Of a stretch of 60,355 bases of DNA, positions 13,968-25,934 are shown in pieces. Origin of the DNA: Nemertoderma westbladi. Its lineage: Eukaryota; Animalia; Xenacoelomorpha. The notes under the pieces are model-generated. The model had not been told where the DNA came from, did no database searches, and saw only the letters and a program-made list of their open reading frames with translations. The translations under genes were made by a program, and so were the position numbers. Where the stretch lies: positions 1 to 60,355 of the forward strand of contig JAUCBJ010000547.1 in NCBI GenBank assembly GCA_032718475.1, in the 5' to 3' direction. Numbering within the stretch: the first letter of the stretch is position 1; every line of letters begins with the position of its first letter.

Positions 13968-13978
13968 ATAACAGTTAT
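13968..13978 (+). promoter_or_regulatory. Element A putative self-primer binding site (ATAACAGTTAT)
   Basis: Abuts the LTR end, lacks the TGG of a tRNA PBS, and is the exact reverse complement of ATAACTGTTAT at 13201-13211 inside the LTR. Confidence 0.65.
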
Positions 13979-14032
13979 TGTCTTTATTGCAGTAAGCAAT
14001 AAAGTTGAAAGTACCAGTCGACCGGTAAACCT

Positions 14033-14160
14033 GAACCGGTACTTCTGTAGGTCAGTAGGCCCAACTGCCAGAACCGGTACTGCTGTAGGTCCGTAGGTCC
14101 AACTGCCAGAACCGGTACTTCTGTAAGTCCGTAGGCCCAACTGTCCTAACCGGTACTTCC
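14033..14160. repeat. 38-bp tandem repeat (~3.3 copies) in element A leader
   Basis: (g/t)aaccggtac starts at 14033, 14071, 14109 and 14147. Confidence 0.92.
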
Positions 14161-14379
14161 AGTATAAGTACATTAGTATTATTCGATTTTGATTATTGTA
14201 TACTGGTAGGTCTTAGTATTTAATCAGGGACGGCCGCTCTGGTTTTTTATTGAGATTTTACTTATTTCTGTCGGTTTTATTTACATGTAAGTTAATATTG
14301 AGCTGAAGACGTGTAAGTCTGCTCAGATTGTTCAGATAATTGTAGGCCGGACTGTTGTCGGATTGTTGTTGGGTTTGGA

Positions 14380-14910
14380 GAGATTACTGCGTGTGTAGAG
14401 TTTGTCCGATAGAGTGCCAGTTAGTAAGTTGGGGCAGCCATAGCTGTAAGGTCAATCCCCTCTTAAAGAATAAGTCGTACTACCGTGTTAGAACGCATAC
14501 TAACTAACCATTTTGGAATCTGCACATACTGTAGTTTATTTAGGCTTGACAGTATTCTGCCAACGTTTTGGCCTGTGTTTGTTTGTGTGGTCTGTTCAGG
14601 TACCGTAATAGTTATTACTCAGATATTTTGTAGGCTGGATTGTTGTCTAGCTATTATTAGGTCTGAAGAGATTGCTGCGTGTGTAGAGTTTGTCTGATAA
14701 AGTGCCAGTTAGTAAGTTGGGGCAGCCATAGCTGTAAGGTCAATCCCCTCTTAAAGAATAAGTCGTACTACCGTGTTAGAACGCATACTAACTAACCATT
14801 TCGGAATCTGCACATACTGTAGTTTATTTAGGCTTGGTGGTAGTCTGCCAGCGTTTGGTTTGTATTTTGTTTGAGTATTCTGTACGGGTAGCGTAATATT
14901 TATTATTCAG
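14380..14910. repeat. ~288-bp tandem duplication in element A leader
   Basis: agatt(a/g)ctgcgtgtgtagagtttgtc...ttaggcttg at 14381 and 14669; near-identical over ~165 bp, then diverging. Confidence 0.9.
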
Positions 14911-16203
14911 AGTTTATGCGATTATTCGCAACATTCATGTCCCCAAGTTTATTCCTACAGTAATTGTGTTTGTTACACATACCGTTATAGTTAAATTAAC
15001 CCCGGTACTACACGGGCTGCTTGGCGTAGGAAAAGACTGGTGACTTTGTGCTTCGGTCACTCCAGCAGATGCCGTGGTTCTTTTAACTGTTCAAGTATAT
15101 TTAACTACTGATTAATTGTTGTACCAGTACTTGTACCTAATTTAGGGTTTAGTGTACAGTGCTTTCCGAAGTAATTAGTGTGTAGGCAGTATATTTGTGT
15201 TGTAAAGTGGTTAATAGGCACGTTGGATTTGGTAGTCCGCGGTAATTAACTTCCAGGTAGGAACACTCCGTGATACATAACGTAGTACCTATAGCGATAC
15301 GGCTATAGGTCGTCAGGCGGTGGTATTTTCCTATCTGGACAGTGCAATATATTTACTACTACTTATTATTTTCAAATACCGTAGTACCCTGTCCGTTGTA
15401 ATAACCAGAATTCTAACCCTTTGTTAGGCTGGTTTGTAGACTTCCTGTAAAATTACCCTAAAAATTTCGTACGTAATATTTTTGTTGTGTTTAATTAGAG
15501 ATTTAATCTCACCCGTATCGTAAGTAATTTGTAGTATTAAGTAACTTAGGTAAATTAGAATTATCTGTTTTAGTGTCCCATAGGTAGCACTTCACTGAGA
15601 GCGCACAGCTTCTGTGTAGTGACTCCCCCAGAAATAATAACATTTATTTCAAATATTGACAAAACCCCTTTTAAACGGGTATATATCTATTATAAATCAA
15701 CTCAAACGATTTATAAATAGTAGGCCTGCCATACAACAACTAGGTCTCAATATCAGTTGGACTACTGCTTAAATAACGGTAACAAAGTAAGTTAAAGTAA
15801 CCAAGTAACCCTAAAATATTCAGAAATTCAATTATTCTAAAATAATTGACATACCGGTATTTACCATAGGCTTATTATATTTATTTCCATAAATTTGAGC
15901 TGAAATCATACCGGTATTCTGTAATTAATTCTAGTCCATAATTATATTTATAAATACTATAAGTGTAAGCTGCATACCGGGATTCACGATAGGCCTATTA
16001 TATATTTATATATATTTGTGCTAAAATTATATACCGGTACTCGGTGACAAACCTAGTTTACAATACTTCTATATATTATAAGTGTATACCGTATAAGTGT
16101 ATTACTGTAATAAATTAACGGTACTAGGCCAACAGTCATACTGAATTACTAGGCTTGCTTTAACTGAAACTATAGCAGTAGGCATCCAACCGTATAGCTA
16201 AAC

Positions 16204-19200
16204 ATGTCTGACACCCAGCAAAACCTGTCAGACAGTCTAATCGATACCACCATCTGTGACACAGATAGGAGCATGGAGCGATTAAGAAAGGAGTTCAGCT
16301 CACCTCCTACTGAAAGAAAGGTCATCCCTCCAGTAGTAGTATCAGACCCTAAGCTAATCCAACACCATAGGTCTATCATCGGCACTCGGCCCCAAGTCAA
16401 ACCGAACCAGGAAGCAGCTGTCCAACAGCAGCAACATCCTAGTCAAGAAACTTGTTCCCAGCGATCCGATAGCTCCAGTAGTGCGGATACTGCAGAGCTG
16501 ACCCCCGAACGCGGAGTGCAGATGGCGGCTACAGCCTACTCGGATCCCCTTCTCACCCTTCCTGCCGCAGTGCTAACTACTATATTGATCGCGGTGGAGG
16601 AACATCAAACCGATTGGGCGAGAAGTAAGCGAGCGACCCAAGATAGTTATGCGGGATACGCCAGGGAAGAATTGATGTCTATTGTCGAGTCACAATGGAA
16701 CTTTCCCGGACCCGGACTCCCGTTAGATTTGTCCGAAGCTACTTGGGAAGATATACACAGGATGGGAGTGGCTAAAGATACAATGGATCCAGCTGTTTGG
16801 AAGAGGTCGGCAGCAGGATATGTGCAGGGATTCTTCGGCTCCTTAGAGCGATTGGAAGAACAACTGTTTCGACAACCCCAAGGACCTCAAGAGCAGGAAG
16901 AGCTGCTTTATCAAGTACGTGAAAGAACCCTACGCATTAGACTAATCTTATCAGCCTTTGAGGAAACTTCCAAAAGAAGACAGGACACGTCGCTGCAGGT
17001 TGCTGTCAAAACTTGGTTCCAGCGGGTAGGTCTCAAAGTACAAGAAACGGCCCAGTGGAAATCCCAGCTGGCTGAGAGACTAACCTATGAAGAACCAACC
17101 GATGCCACCCTTTCTCAAGTGGAAAGCGAAGTGACCGCAGAGAGACCACGAACGAGAGACGCCATCGACATTTATCTGTCCGACTATCAGCGATTCCTAG
17201 GAGACGAAGAGTTGAGGAGACGGCTGTCTGGACTTTCCCCTAATAGTGAAGGAACCCAGCTTGTGTTGGACTCAATCGATGCTGAAATGTTAGCTGCAAA
17301 TCAAGCTGAATTTGATGAAAAACTTCGCCTCGCTAGAGCCCAGGAAGAAGAAGTAAAGAAAAGGCAGATAGAGGACCGAAAAGCAGCGGCAATCGCAGAA
17401 GCAGAAGCGGAAAGAAAGGAGGCAGCGGCAATGGCAGAAGCAGAAGCAGAAAGAAAGGCGGCAATCGCAGAAGCAGAAGCGGAAAGAAAGGAGGCAGCGG
17501 CAATGACAGAAGCAGAAGCACAAAGAAAGGCGGCAAAGGCAGTGGCAGAAGCAGAACGGAGAGCGTCTGAGCAGACTACCCAACTGGAGTTGGAAAATCT
17601 GCAAGAGACGCAAGACAACATAAATAAACAGTTAACTGCTAGTCGAATGCAGATGATGAGACGATCTACTCCAAAACGCCAGGGATACACATCATCGGAG
17701 GAAAGCGAAACCACCGATCCTGAAGGCGGAGGAAATAGATCTCGTCTAAGCAGGCGTAGAAAAACATCTCACCGCCACAAATTGCCTAATTTGCCCCCGG
17801 CGGTTAGAAGACAACTAACTAGCGCAGACTTAGGCAATACAGAACCCACAGAACAAATTATTCAGGTCAAAAGACTCCCTACAATAGTTGATGAGCCTGA
17901 AATAATTAGGCCTGTCGTTCCCAAAGTCACTTCTGTGCTAGAGACCCCTGTACTTCCAGAGCTTAACTCTAAATTCCCTTTACACAGTACTACACTGCCT
18001 GTACCCGGTAGAACAGTCCATGAGAATATCCCTGTCCTGGAAGCAGAGAGAGAAATCAAAGATTTGTCTCCCGTCGTCCAGCGTCGGCCCGCTACAATGT
18101 TGGCGACTCCCGCTTCGGCGGTCGAGTGGGTAGAGGAGGGAGGGCGGGGGATGAACCTCCTGCTCGGACAGATGCAGGAGACTGTCCACCAACTTAAGGG
18201 AACAGTAAGGGAAGGTAGGGCAGAATTGCAAGAAGTGCAGCAAAGTATCGCACTGGAACGCGACAAATTAGTCAATATACAAAAAGGCATACCAATACCC
18301 ACTGTAACATTGTGTCAACCTGTTAGGTCTGAAGTATTACATGCACAAGGTGTGGAGCCTACACGCATCTATACTGCTAGTGAAGTAGAAACTCCTATAG
18401 CAAACCCTATTAAGGGTGATTATAGACCTGTTATTAATGATATTCCCTATAGACCTGATAATGATCCGAGAAATTTATATACCGATAATTCGATATTAAA
18501 TAACACGATGGCCCAAGAAAGCTTTACGCGTCAGATGGCTAGAACAGAAGCCCGCCAAGCGGTCAAAGTGGGAGAGATCGTCAAATTCAATGGAGATGAG
18601 ATGAAATGGTTACCTTTCAACGAATATTACAAAGACAGCATACAGAACTCTGTACTATCTAACGGAGAGAAACTTAGGTTCCTCATCAAGTGCTTGGAAG
18701 GACCTCCCAAGTTAATGGCGTTAAAGTTCATTGGACATCCAGAAGGATTAAGACAAGTATGGGATACATTAAACATCAGGTATGGTAACAAGGATAACAT
18801 AGCTAAGTATTTGTATGCAAAATTAGTAGCCCCCCGAAACTTCCTTAGTAGCGGGATTATAGAGTTTTCCGATGAGATTCAGGAGATCTGTAGACAATTG
18901 GACTGGTTAGGTAAGTCTCATGAATATCAGAGTTCCATGGTTATTGGAGCAGTAGTCTCTACTTTACCAAAGGGTGGAGTATGTAAGCGCTGGGACAAGA
19001 AAGTGTTGTATATGAATGAGCAACAACGACGAAGCCCTACCATGGCTGATCTCATGTCCTTCTTAGATGGTGAAGTAAAACTACAACTCATCAAGCAGTC
19101 CAGAGAAAAAACATCGGAAAATAAGGTAAGTGAGAAACCCGCTTCTAGGAGAAGAGTAACACCAGTGTGTTACACTGATGACGGCGAAAGCCAAGCTTCT

Positions 19201-20430
19201 CAAGAAGAGGACAGCGGGAAAGACACTGATAGATCTTACTACGTTGAAAAAACCTCAAAAGACGTAAGTAAATACAAGGCTCGAAACAACGATAGGAGAG
19301 AACAGGTTGCCAAGACCCCTCCTCAGTCTCCTAACAGAATGCACCGAAGAAAGCCCGAAGAAAGAACGAGAGTGCATCAGGTTACCCAAGGTAAAGTGAG
19401 TAACATAAAACCTAACTGTGCGCTGTGCGACGGGACCCACTGTTTGAGTGCGTGTGCTTAATTTCTAAAGAAATCTCTTGTAGACAGACGTGCAGTCGTG
19501 TGGGATAAGCGGTTATGCTATAATTGCCTCAGACCAGGACACCAACGGCGAACCTGTTACTCCGACGTAAAGTGTGCAAAGTGTAGCGCGAAACATCACA
19601 TCTTGTTACACAGTGAGTTCGAACGAGACAACCCGAGTCAGGTAAGTGAGCCCGAACTACATGTCCAATTCAGTGATGTAAATGACACTGATCAAGAATC
19701 TGAGATGGAAGGATTCTATACTGACGAATTCTCCGATGCCAACGAATCCTGTTATCTAATCAATACCGCGGTGTATCGAGCACTTACTTATGAAAAGGAC
19801 ACCAACAATGAGTTTCCCCCAACTACTTTTGCCAGACAACCATCTTGGAAAGCTCCAACTTCCAACGTAGGAATCAGAGAATTTCCTGTAGTGCAGGTAA
19901 GAGTTCACGGTCCTAACAAAAGTTACATAGTGAACGCACTCGTTGACTCCGGCAGCACAGGAACATTCATCGATCAAGAACTAGCCGAAGATATCTTTGC
20001 TGGACAACCCAAATTCCGGACTAAATTGAATATGTCAGGAATTATGCAGGTTTGGAAATCTACCCTAACGGCAGATTACTATGTAGGTGTGTTGTCCACC
20101 CCCCAGGATAAATTAGGAGCACAAGGTATAAGGTCGGTAAAAATGGTGGCTATAAAGAACTTCGCTACTACTCAAGCAGACCTTTATAATTGGGACGAGG
20201 ATGAGAGCATCCAACATCTTAAGATACCTCGATTCCAGACAGATTATCCTGGAGTGCAAATACTCATCGGCCAAAACGCGCATGAGGCGCTCGAAACATT
20301 GGAGAAACGGCCTGCTCAACCACAGCCACTGCAAACCTATGCGGTAAGAACTAGAGTAGGTTGGTACTTTACTGGCCCTTCCGCAGGACTCTCGAAGAGA
20401 GAATGCCACAAGAACGAATATACCAATTAA
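16204..20430 (+). pseudogene. gag: Element A gag + aspartic protease (in-frame TAA at 19459-19461)
   Basis: Long coiled-coil N-terminus, BEL capsid-like region (KFNGD...W..F, EKLRFLIKCLEG), three zinc knuckles (CALCDGTHCLSAC, CYNCLRPGHQRRTC, CAKCSAKHHILLH), protease ALVDSGS; 19498-20430 is in frame with 16204. Confidence 0.9.
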
Positions 20431-23400
20431 ACGATTGGGAAGTGGAGAGCAGTGAGGTGGACGAACTAACTGAGGAAACACCATACTCCTCAGATAATGA
20501 CGACATCTACCAACTCTTCGATGAAGAGAACACAATCGACCTACTTACAGAAAACCAAACTTGGAAAAATCAGGTGAACCTATGTCAACTGATTCGCCCA
20601 TCGGAACCCATCGCTTACAATGACGAACTAAACGATGAGATAGAGCGCTACAACGCTAGAACTCGGGACGAACTAGCCGTACGATTCTTTACTCAAGAAC
20701 TGGTAGAGCCCAATTCATATGATAAGGCCCTATCGATAGAAGAAGAAAGAGCCAAGCAAATCCAGGAAACAACTACACGTTTTTTAAAGGACCAAGGTAG
20801 ATATGAAATCGGCCTACCATTTCGAAAACGAGAACCTAGATTTATAAATAACAGACCCTTGGCAGAGAAAAGAATCGCTCAATTACATCGACGCCTTACG
20901 GCTAATGCTTCAGCTAAAGAAATGTACCAAACTCAGCTGAAGAAATTTATAACAAAGGGATACGCGGAGCGAGTTCCGGAAGGAACACCAGTGACTGAGA
21001 GAACGTATTACTTAACACATCATTACGTTCCCAAACCCGGTAAACCCCATGAAGTACGAGTCGTATTCGATGGCTCCGCGCTATATATGGGCCAATCCCT
21101 CAATTCCGAGTTGTTACCAGGACCCAACTTACTCCAATCTTTGTTGGGAATACATTTAAGATTAAGACAATATTCCATCGCGTTCGTCTCCGATATAGAA
21201 GGAATGTTCTTACAAGTCAAGGCGCTGGATAGAGATAGAGACAGCCTGAGATTTCTGTGGTGGCCTGAAGGAGACCTCAATCAGAAACCGGTAGAGTACT
21301 GGATGACCATCCAGGCTTTTGGAATCATATCAAGCCCTTCCAACGCCTGCTCCGTGGTGCGAACCACTGCGAATGACAACCGAGACTCCTTCTCAAAAGA
21401 GGTGATAGACAACATCAAACGTAATATATACATGGACGACAATTTAAGGTCCCTTCCATCAGTAGAAGAAGCCATAGATGTCGCGAAAGGAACGGTAGAG
21501 TGTTTGAAAAGAGGTGGATTTCGACTGACGAAATTCACCAGCAATTCCCGTGAGTTTCTGGAAGCGATACGGGTAGAAGACCGAGGAGCGAAAGACCTAG
21601 ACTTAATAAAGGACGATCTTCCTGAAACCAAGACGCTTGGCTTGAAGTGGGACACTGAAAGAGACATCCTGTTTTTTCAGTTAAAACAGTGAGATAATCC
21701 AGTTCGGACCAAACGGATTTGTTTAAGTATCCTGAGCACTTATTTCGACCCATTGGGATTTATTAGCCCAGTTATATTGATTGCTCGGAGTTTAGTACAA
21801 CAAATGTGGCTTGAAAACCACTCATGGGACGATCCGCTTAAGGGAGAATTGTTAAAGAAATGGATGAAATGGGAAGATTCTCTACCTGCCATCGAGAACT
21901 TTATAATTTCCCGTGCATATTTTGGCCATGTTCTTCCTACGTATTCCTATCAACTCCATGTGTTTGGAGACGCCAGCGACATGGGAATAGGTATAGTAGC
22001 ATATCTGCGAGTCGAAACTCCGGATGGAATCAAAGTCGCCTTGGTTACCTCTAAGGCATTGATTAACAACAAGTTAAAGGTTCCTCGAGCGGAGTTAAAG
22101 GCGGCTTTATACGCTACCGCCATCGGCCGGAACGTAACAGAACAAATCGACTATCCGCTGGAGAAAACGGTTTATTGGACCGACGCTTTACTCGTGTTGG
22201 AGTATCTAACCAATGAAGTCTGTCAGTTCAGCGTTTTTGTTACTAACAGGGTAGCTATTATTCTTAGTCGCACAAAGATAGATCAATGGAGACATTGCCC
22301 TGGTACGATTAATCCAGCCGATATCGCCTCCCGGGGAGCAACTCCACAGGAACTGATAGATACTCCAGACTGGTTGGGTGGACCCGACTTCCTGAGCAAG
22401 GAAGAGGATGAATGGCCTCCTCACCTTACTATGGCGGAGATTAGACAAGCCAAGGGAGCGGAGACAGTCAAACCTAAAACCCGGGCGAGTAAATCGAAGT
22501 TATTTAAACCGACTATCGATCTATCTGTATTACCTACTTCCGGGAATGATGCTTCGGATCCACAATCCCTCAACACAAATAAGTCTGTTGTGGAAATTAG
22601 AGATAGAGACTGGAAATCTGGAATACCAGACATCTCGCAAGGAATCTCACCCCTGCTGCAGAGAGCAATGCATCACTACAGTTCCTGGAATCGGCTCTGT
22701 AAAGCCGTCACATATTTAAGGAGATGTTTTCATCATCACTACTCCCGGACGAAGACCATTAGTGATACCGCTCCATTGACATCTGCGCAAGTTCATGTTA
22801 TTAAAAATTTACCCAAATATAAAACATCCGACCGGTTTCTAAAGGAGAAAATTAGTCACCAGGAGCATGAAGAAACAAATAAGCAGATACTGAGACTCCT
22901 GCAATGCTATGAAGATTCCGATAAGTATTTCCTGTTGTTGAGAAATCCGCAGATGCGCTTAAGGGATCGATTCTCTAGCACAATGATAGATGGGTTAATA
23001 CGTGTTGGAGGAAGGCTCACCAATGCGCCATTATCCTTTGACACTAAATTCCCCATACTCATTAGAAATCTTGAAGTACAAATCAAGATGATTGTAGATG
23101 TTCACAGTAAACTTTATTATGCTGGTAGAGAACGAGTTCTTAGCGAAATCCGAACTCGCTATTATTTTGATAAACCCCGTAGAGCTCTGAACCAAGTTCT
23201 TAGGAACTGCATCCCCTGTAGGAAAGCATTCAGTAGGCCTTTAACACAGCGAGAGGCAGAATTACCTAGGGAACGAGTAAGCTTCTATGAACCACCTTTT
23301 ACTAATACTGGTGTAGATTTATTTGGCCCTATTGAAGTATATCGTGCTAGGACTATAGTCAAGAGATGGTGTGTCATCTTCGTATGCATGACTTGTAGAG

Positions 23401-24314
23401 CCATTCATCTCGATATGGTGAACGATCTGTCTACCAACAGCTTCGTCTTAAGTTTACGCCGACAGATCGCTCGCTTCGGGACGAGTAATACCATGAGATC
23501 GGATAAGGGAACGAACTTCATTGGTGCCAATAACGAAATACAGGCTTACGTGAAGGACTGGAACCAAAGACAGGTGGACGATCAGCTAAGGATAACAGCG
23601 TCTAGCTGGACCTTCAACGCCGCCGACGCACCTTGGTGGGGAGGAAGTTGGGAGAGATTAATTAGAAGTGTCAAGACCGCATTTCACTTTATAGTGCCAT
23701 GCCGCGCGTATCTCACCGACGAAATTTTGCGGACGTTAATGGAGGAAATAGCTGCCTATCTCAACGAGAGACCGCTTATGCCAGTCTCATAGAGTCCCGA
23801 TTCCCTGGAAGCGCTAACACCCGCGCACTTCCTACTGAAGAAACCTGTAGCCATGCTCCCACGATCGGAGATTGCCGACGGAGACGAATACTGCCGTGGA
23901 ACTTGGCAACTTATGCAGTTGCTATCCCGTCGTTTCGCTGACCATTTCGAGAAACATTATCTGCCCACGCTGCAACTTCGAACTAAGTGGTTTGCGCAGC
24001 AAGAAAACGTCAGCGCCGGAGATATGGTGCTTATTGTAGATCCAGACCTCCCACGTAAACGGTGGCAGACAGGTCGTATCATCGAGACTCACATCTCGGA
24101 TGATGGTTTAGTACGCTCGGTAGAACTCGTCGTCATGCGGCGTAACTTCAAGAAGCCAGGCATAATCTTTGAGACGCAACAACTCAATCGCCCAGTTGGT
24201 CGTTTATGTTTACTGGAAAGAGACAGAGAACTCTCCGGAAACTATGGAAGGCAAGACACTCTTCCCACGACCACCTCCCTAATTCCTCAAACATCTAGGG
24301 ACTCCCCAATGTGA
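20361..24314 (+). pseudogene. pol: Element A pol (RT, Pao RNase H, integrase) with in-frame stops at 21690 and 23790; frame differs from gag-PR
   Basis: YYLTHHYV, VRVVFDGS, SDIEGMFLQV, IYMDDNL, HVFGDAS, NPADIASRG, H/CxxC region, TGVDLFGP, SDKGTNF, WERLIRSVK; three ORFs in one frame separated by single stops. Confidence 0.92.
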
Positions 24315-25934
24315 TACGTCTGGAGTGGGTGTATGACTATATTATTTTATCTATTTTATTATATTTTATATGTGAACATTATTATGTACTTTATTATAAT
24401 CGTTTTTATTCAATTTTATTTAGTAGAAGGTTATTTTAGATTATTTGGTAGATTAGTGCAATATATTAGTGTTTATTACGTAATTACATATATATAATAT
24501 ATATTTAGTGTGACGGCGAGAAATAATTTTTTCTCTTTCCTTACTGTCCGTATCATATTATAAATACGTGACTACAGTAAGATGAAATGTCTGTACTTAT
24601 TAAAGTACAATAAAGCCACTACTATATTCAAGTATTATTGGTAGGCAGAGTATTAGGAATGCAAAGTTCAGATCCTCGTGTCTCGGCTAAACCAAGCTCT
24701 GGGTAGACCTTGGAAACGACTTGCCTCTTCACACTGACATTGCTTCGTGCGATATTGCTCTTCTACCTTATATTAAATAATACATATAGTAGCGTGATGT
24801 CCATATAACAGTAGCGTAAAATGCAAATAAATCTGTTAAACCTTTTGACCATCTGTAATTCTAGTCGATTAAGATATCGCGGCACCCACCGATATACTTG
24901 AAAGACAAATTCTAGAATCAGTGGTTAACGTCCCCGGACAAGTTCTGGAATAAATCGGTGCCCATCTTAAATATTAATTTAATATTTAGTAAAATCTGTA
25001 AAATTCAGATCCTTTAAATTTCTAGTCAATTAAGATATCGCAGCACTTACCGATACTCTTAAAAGACAATTGTCATAGAATTAAGGATCCTATGCCCCCA
25101 GACCTGCTCTGGAATCAAATTGTGTCAATTTTAACATCAAATAATAAAATTCACGGGAATAAATTTAAATTCATACTTTAAATGAATTTCATAAATTGTC
25201 GTTTTGTGCAATTTATAACATTCCCAAAATTCCATTAATTAATAGATCATGGGAGCGGAGATTCATCCTATTGAGTGTATTAGAGTGCGAGAATCTCCAA
25301 CATATAGTCAATAGCCGATAAAATTAATAAAATCATGCATAAAGAGGATATTGACAATTAAAGAATTACTATTAAATAGCATCCCAGATCTGTATGCATG
25401 AGAATTACCCTAATTCTACCGCTAGCATTCCATAATGTCACCATAGCAACACCCACGCTAGAATTAGAAGCAAGTTAAGAGAACAATAGAAAGCTTGTCC
25501 TATTGCATAGCATAGAGAATACATAGCACACTGTTAGTATCCAAGGATACACAGTAATAACGTGACATTCTGGAAGGCACTGACTAACGGACAAATGGCC
25601 TGTATGTGTACAATTGGTGACAGTTGTGTGGAATTTGTGCGTTTATAGGTGAATGTTACTGCTAAAGTATGTTTACAGTAGCTAGTCGCAATTGTAAAAG
25701 TAGCCCAACTCTCCTATAGAAAGAACCTAAGTGGATCCAAGCCTTTGGGACGGACAGTGGAGTGACTTGTGCCGGTTATCGTTGTCGTGCTGTTGCTACA
25801 TGTTGGCGTAAACACCGCGACGACGGTACATCGGCGCTGAGAATCCCACTGTCCGGGGGCAAAGAGAAGTAGGCAGCGACGCCCGCTCGCCTAAATATAA
25901 ACTCATTTGATATTAATAAACTCAGATAGCAGAT

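Noticed and set aside
19459-19461. Programmed stop read-through between gag and pol in element A
   Set aside because: The stop lies between zinc knuckles 1 and 2, and element B has no stop at the equivalent position; a nonsense mutation is more likely.
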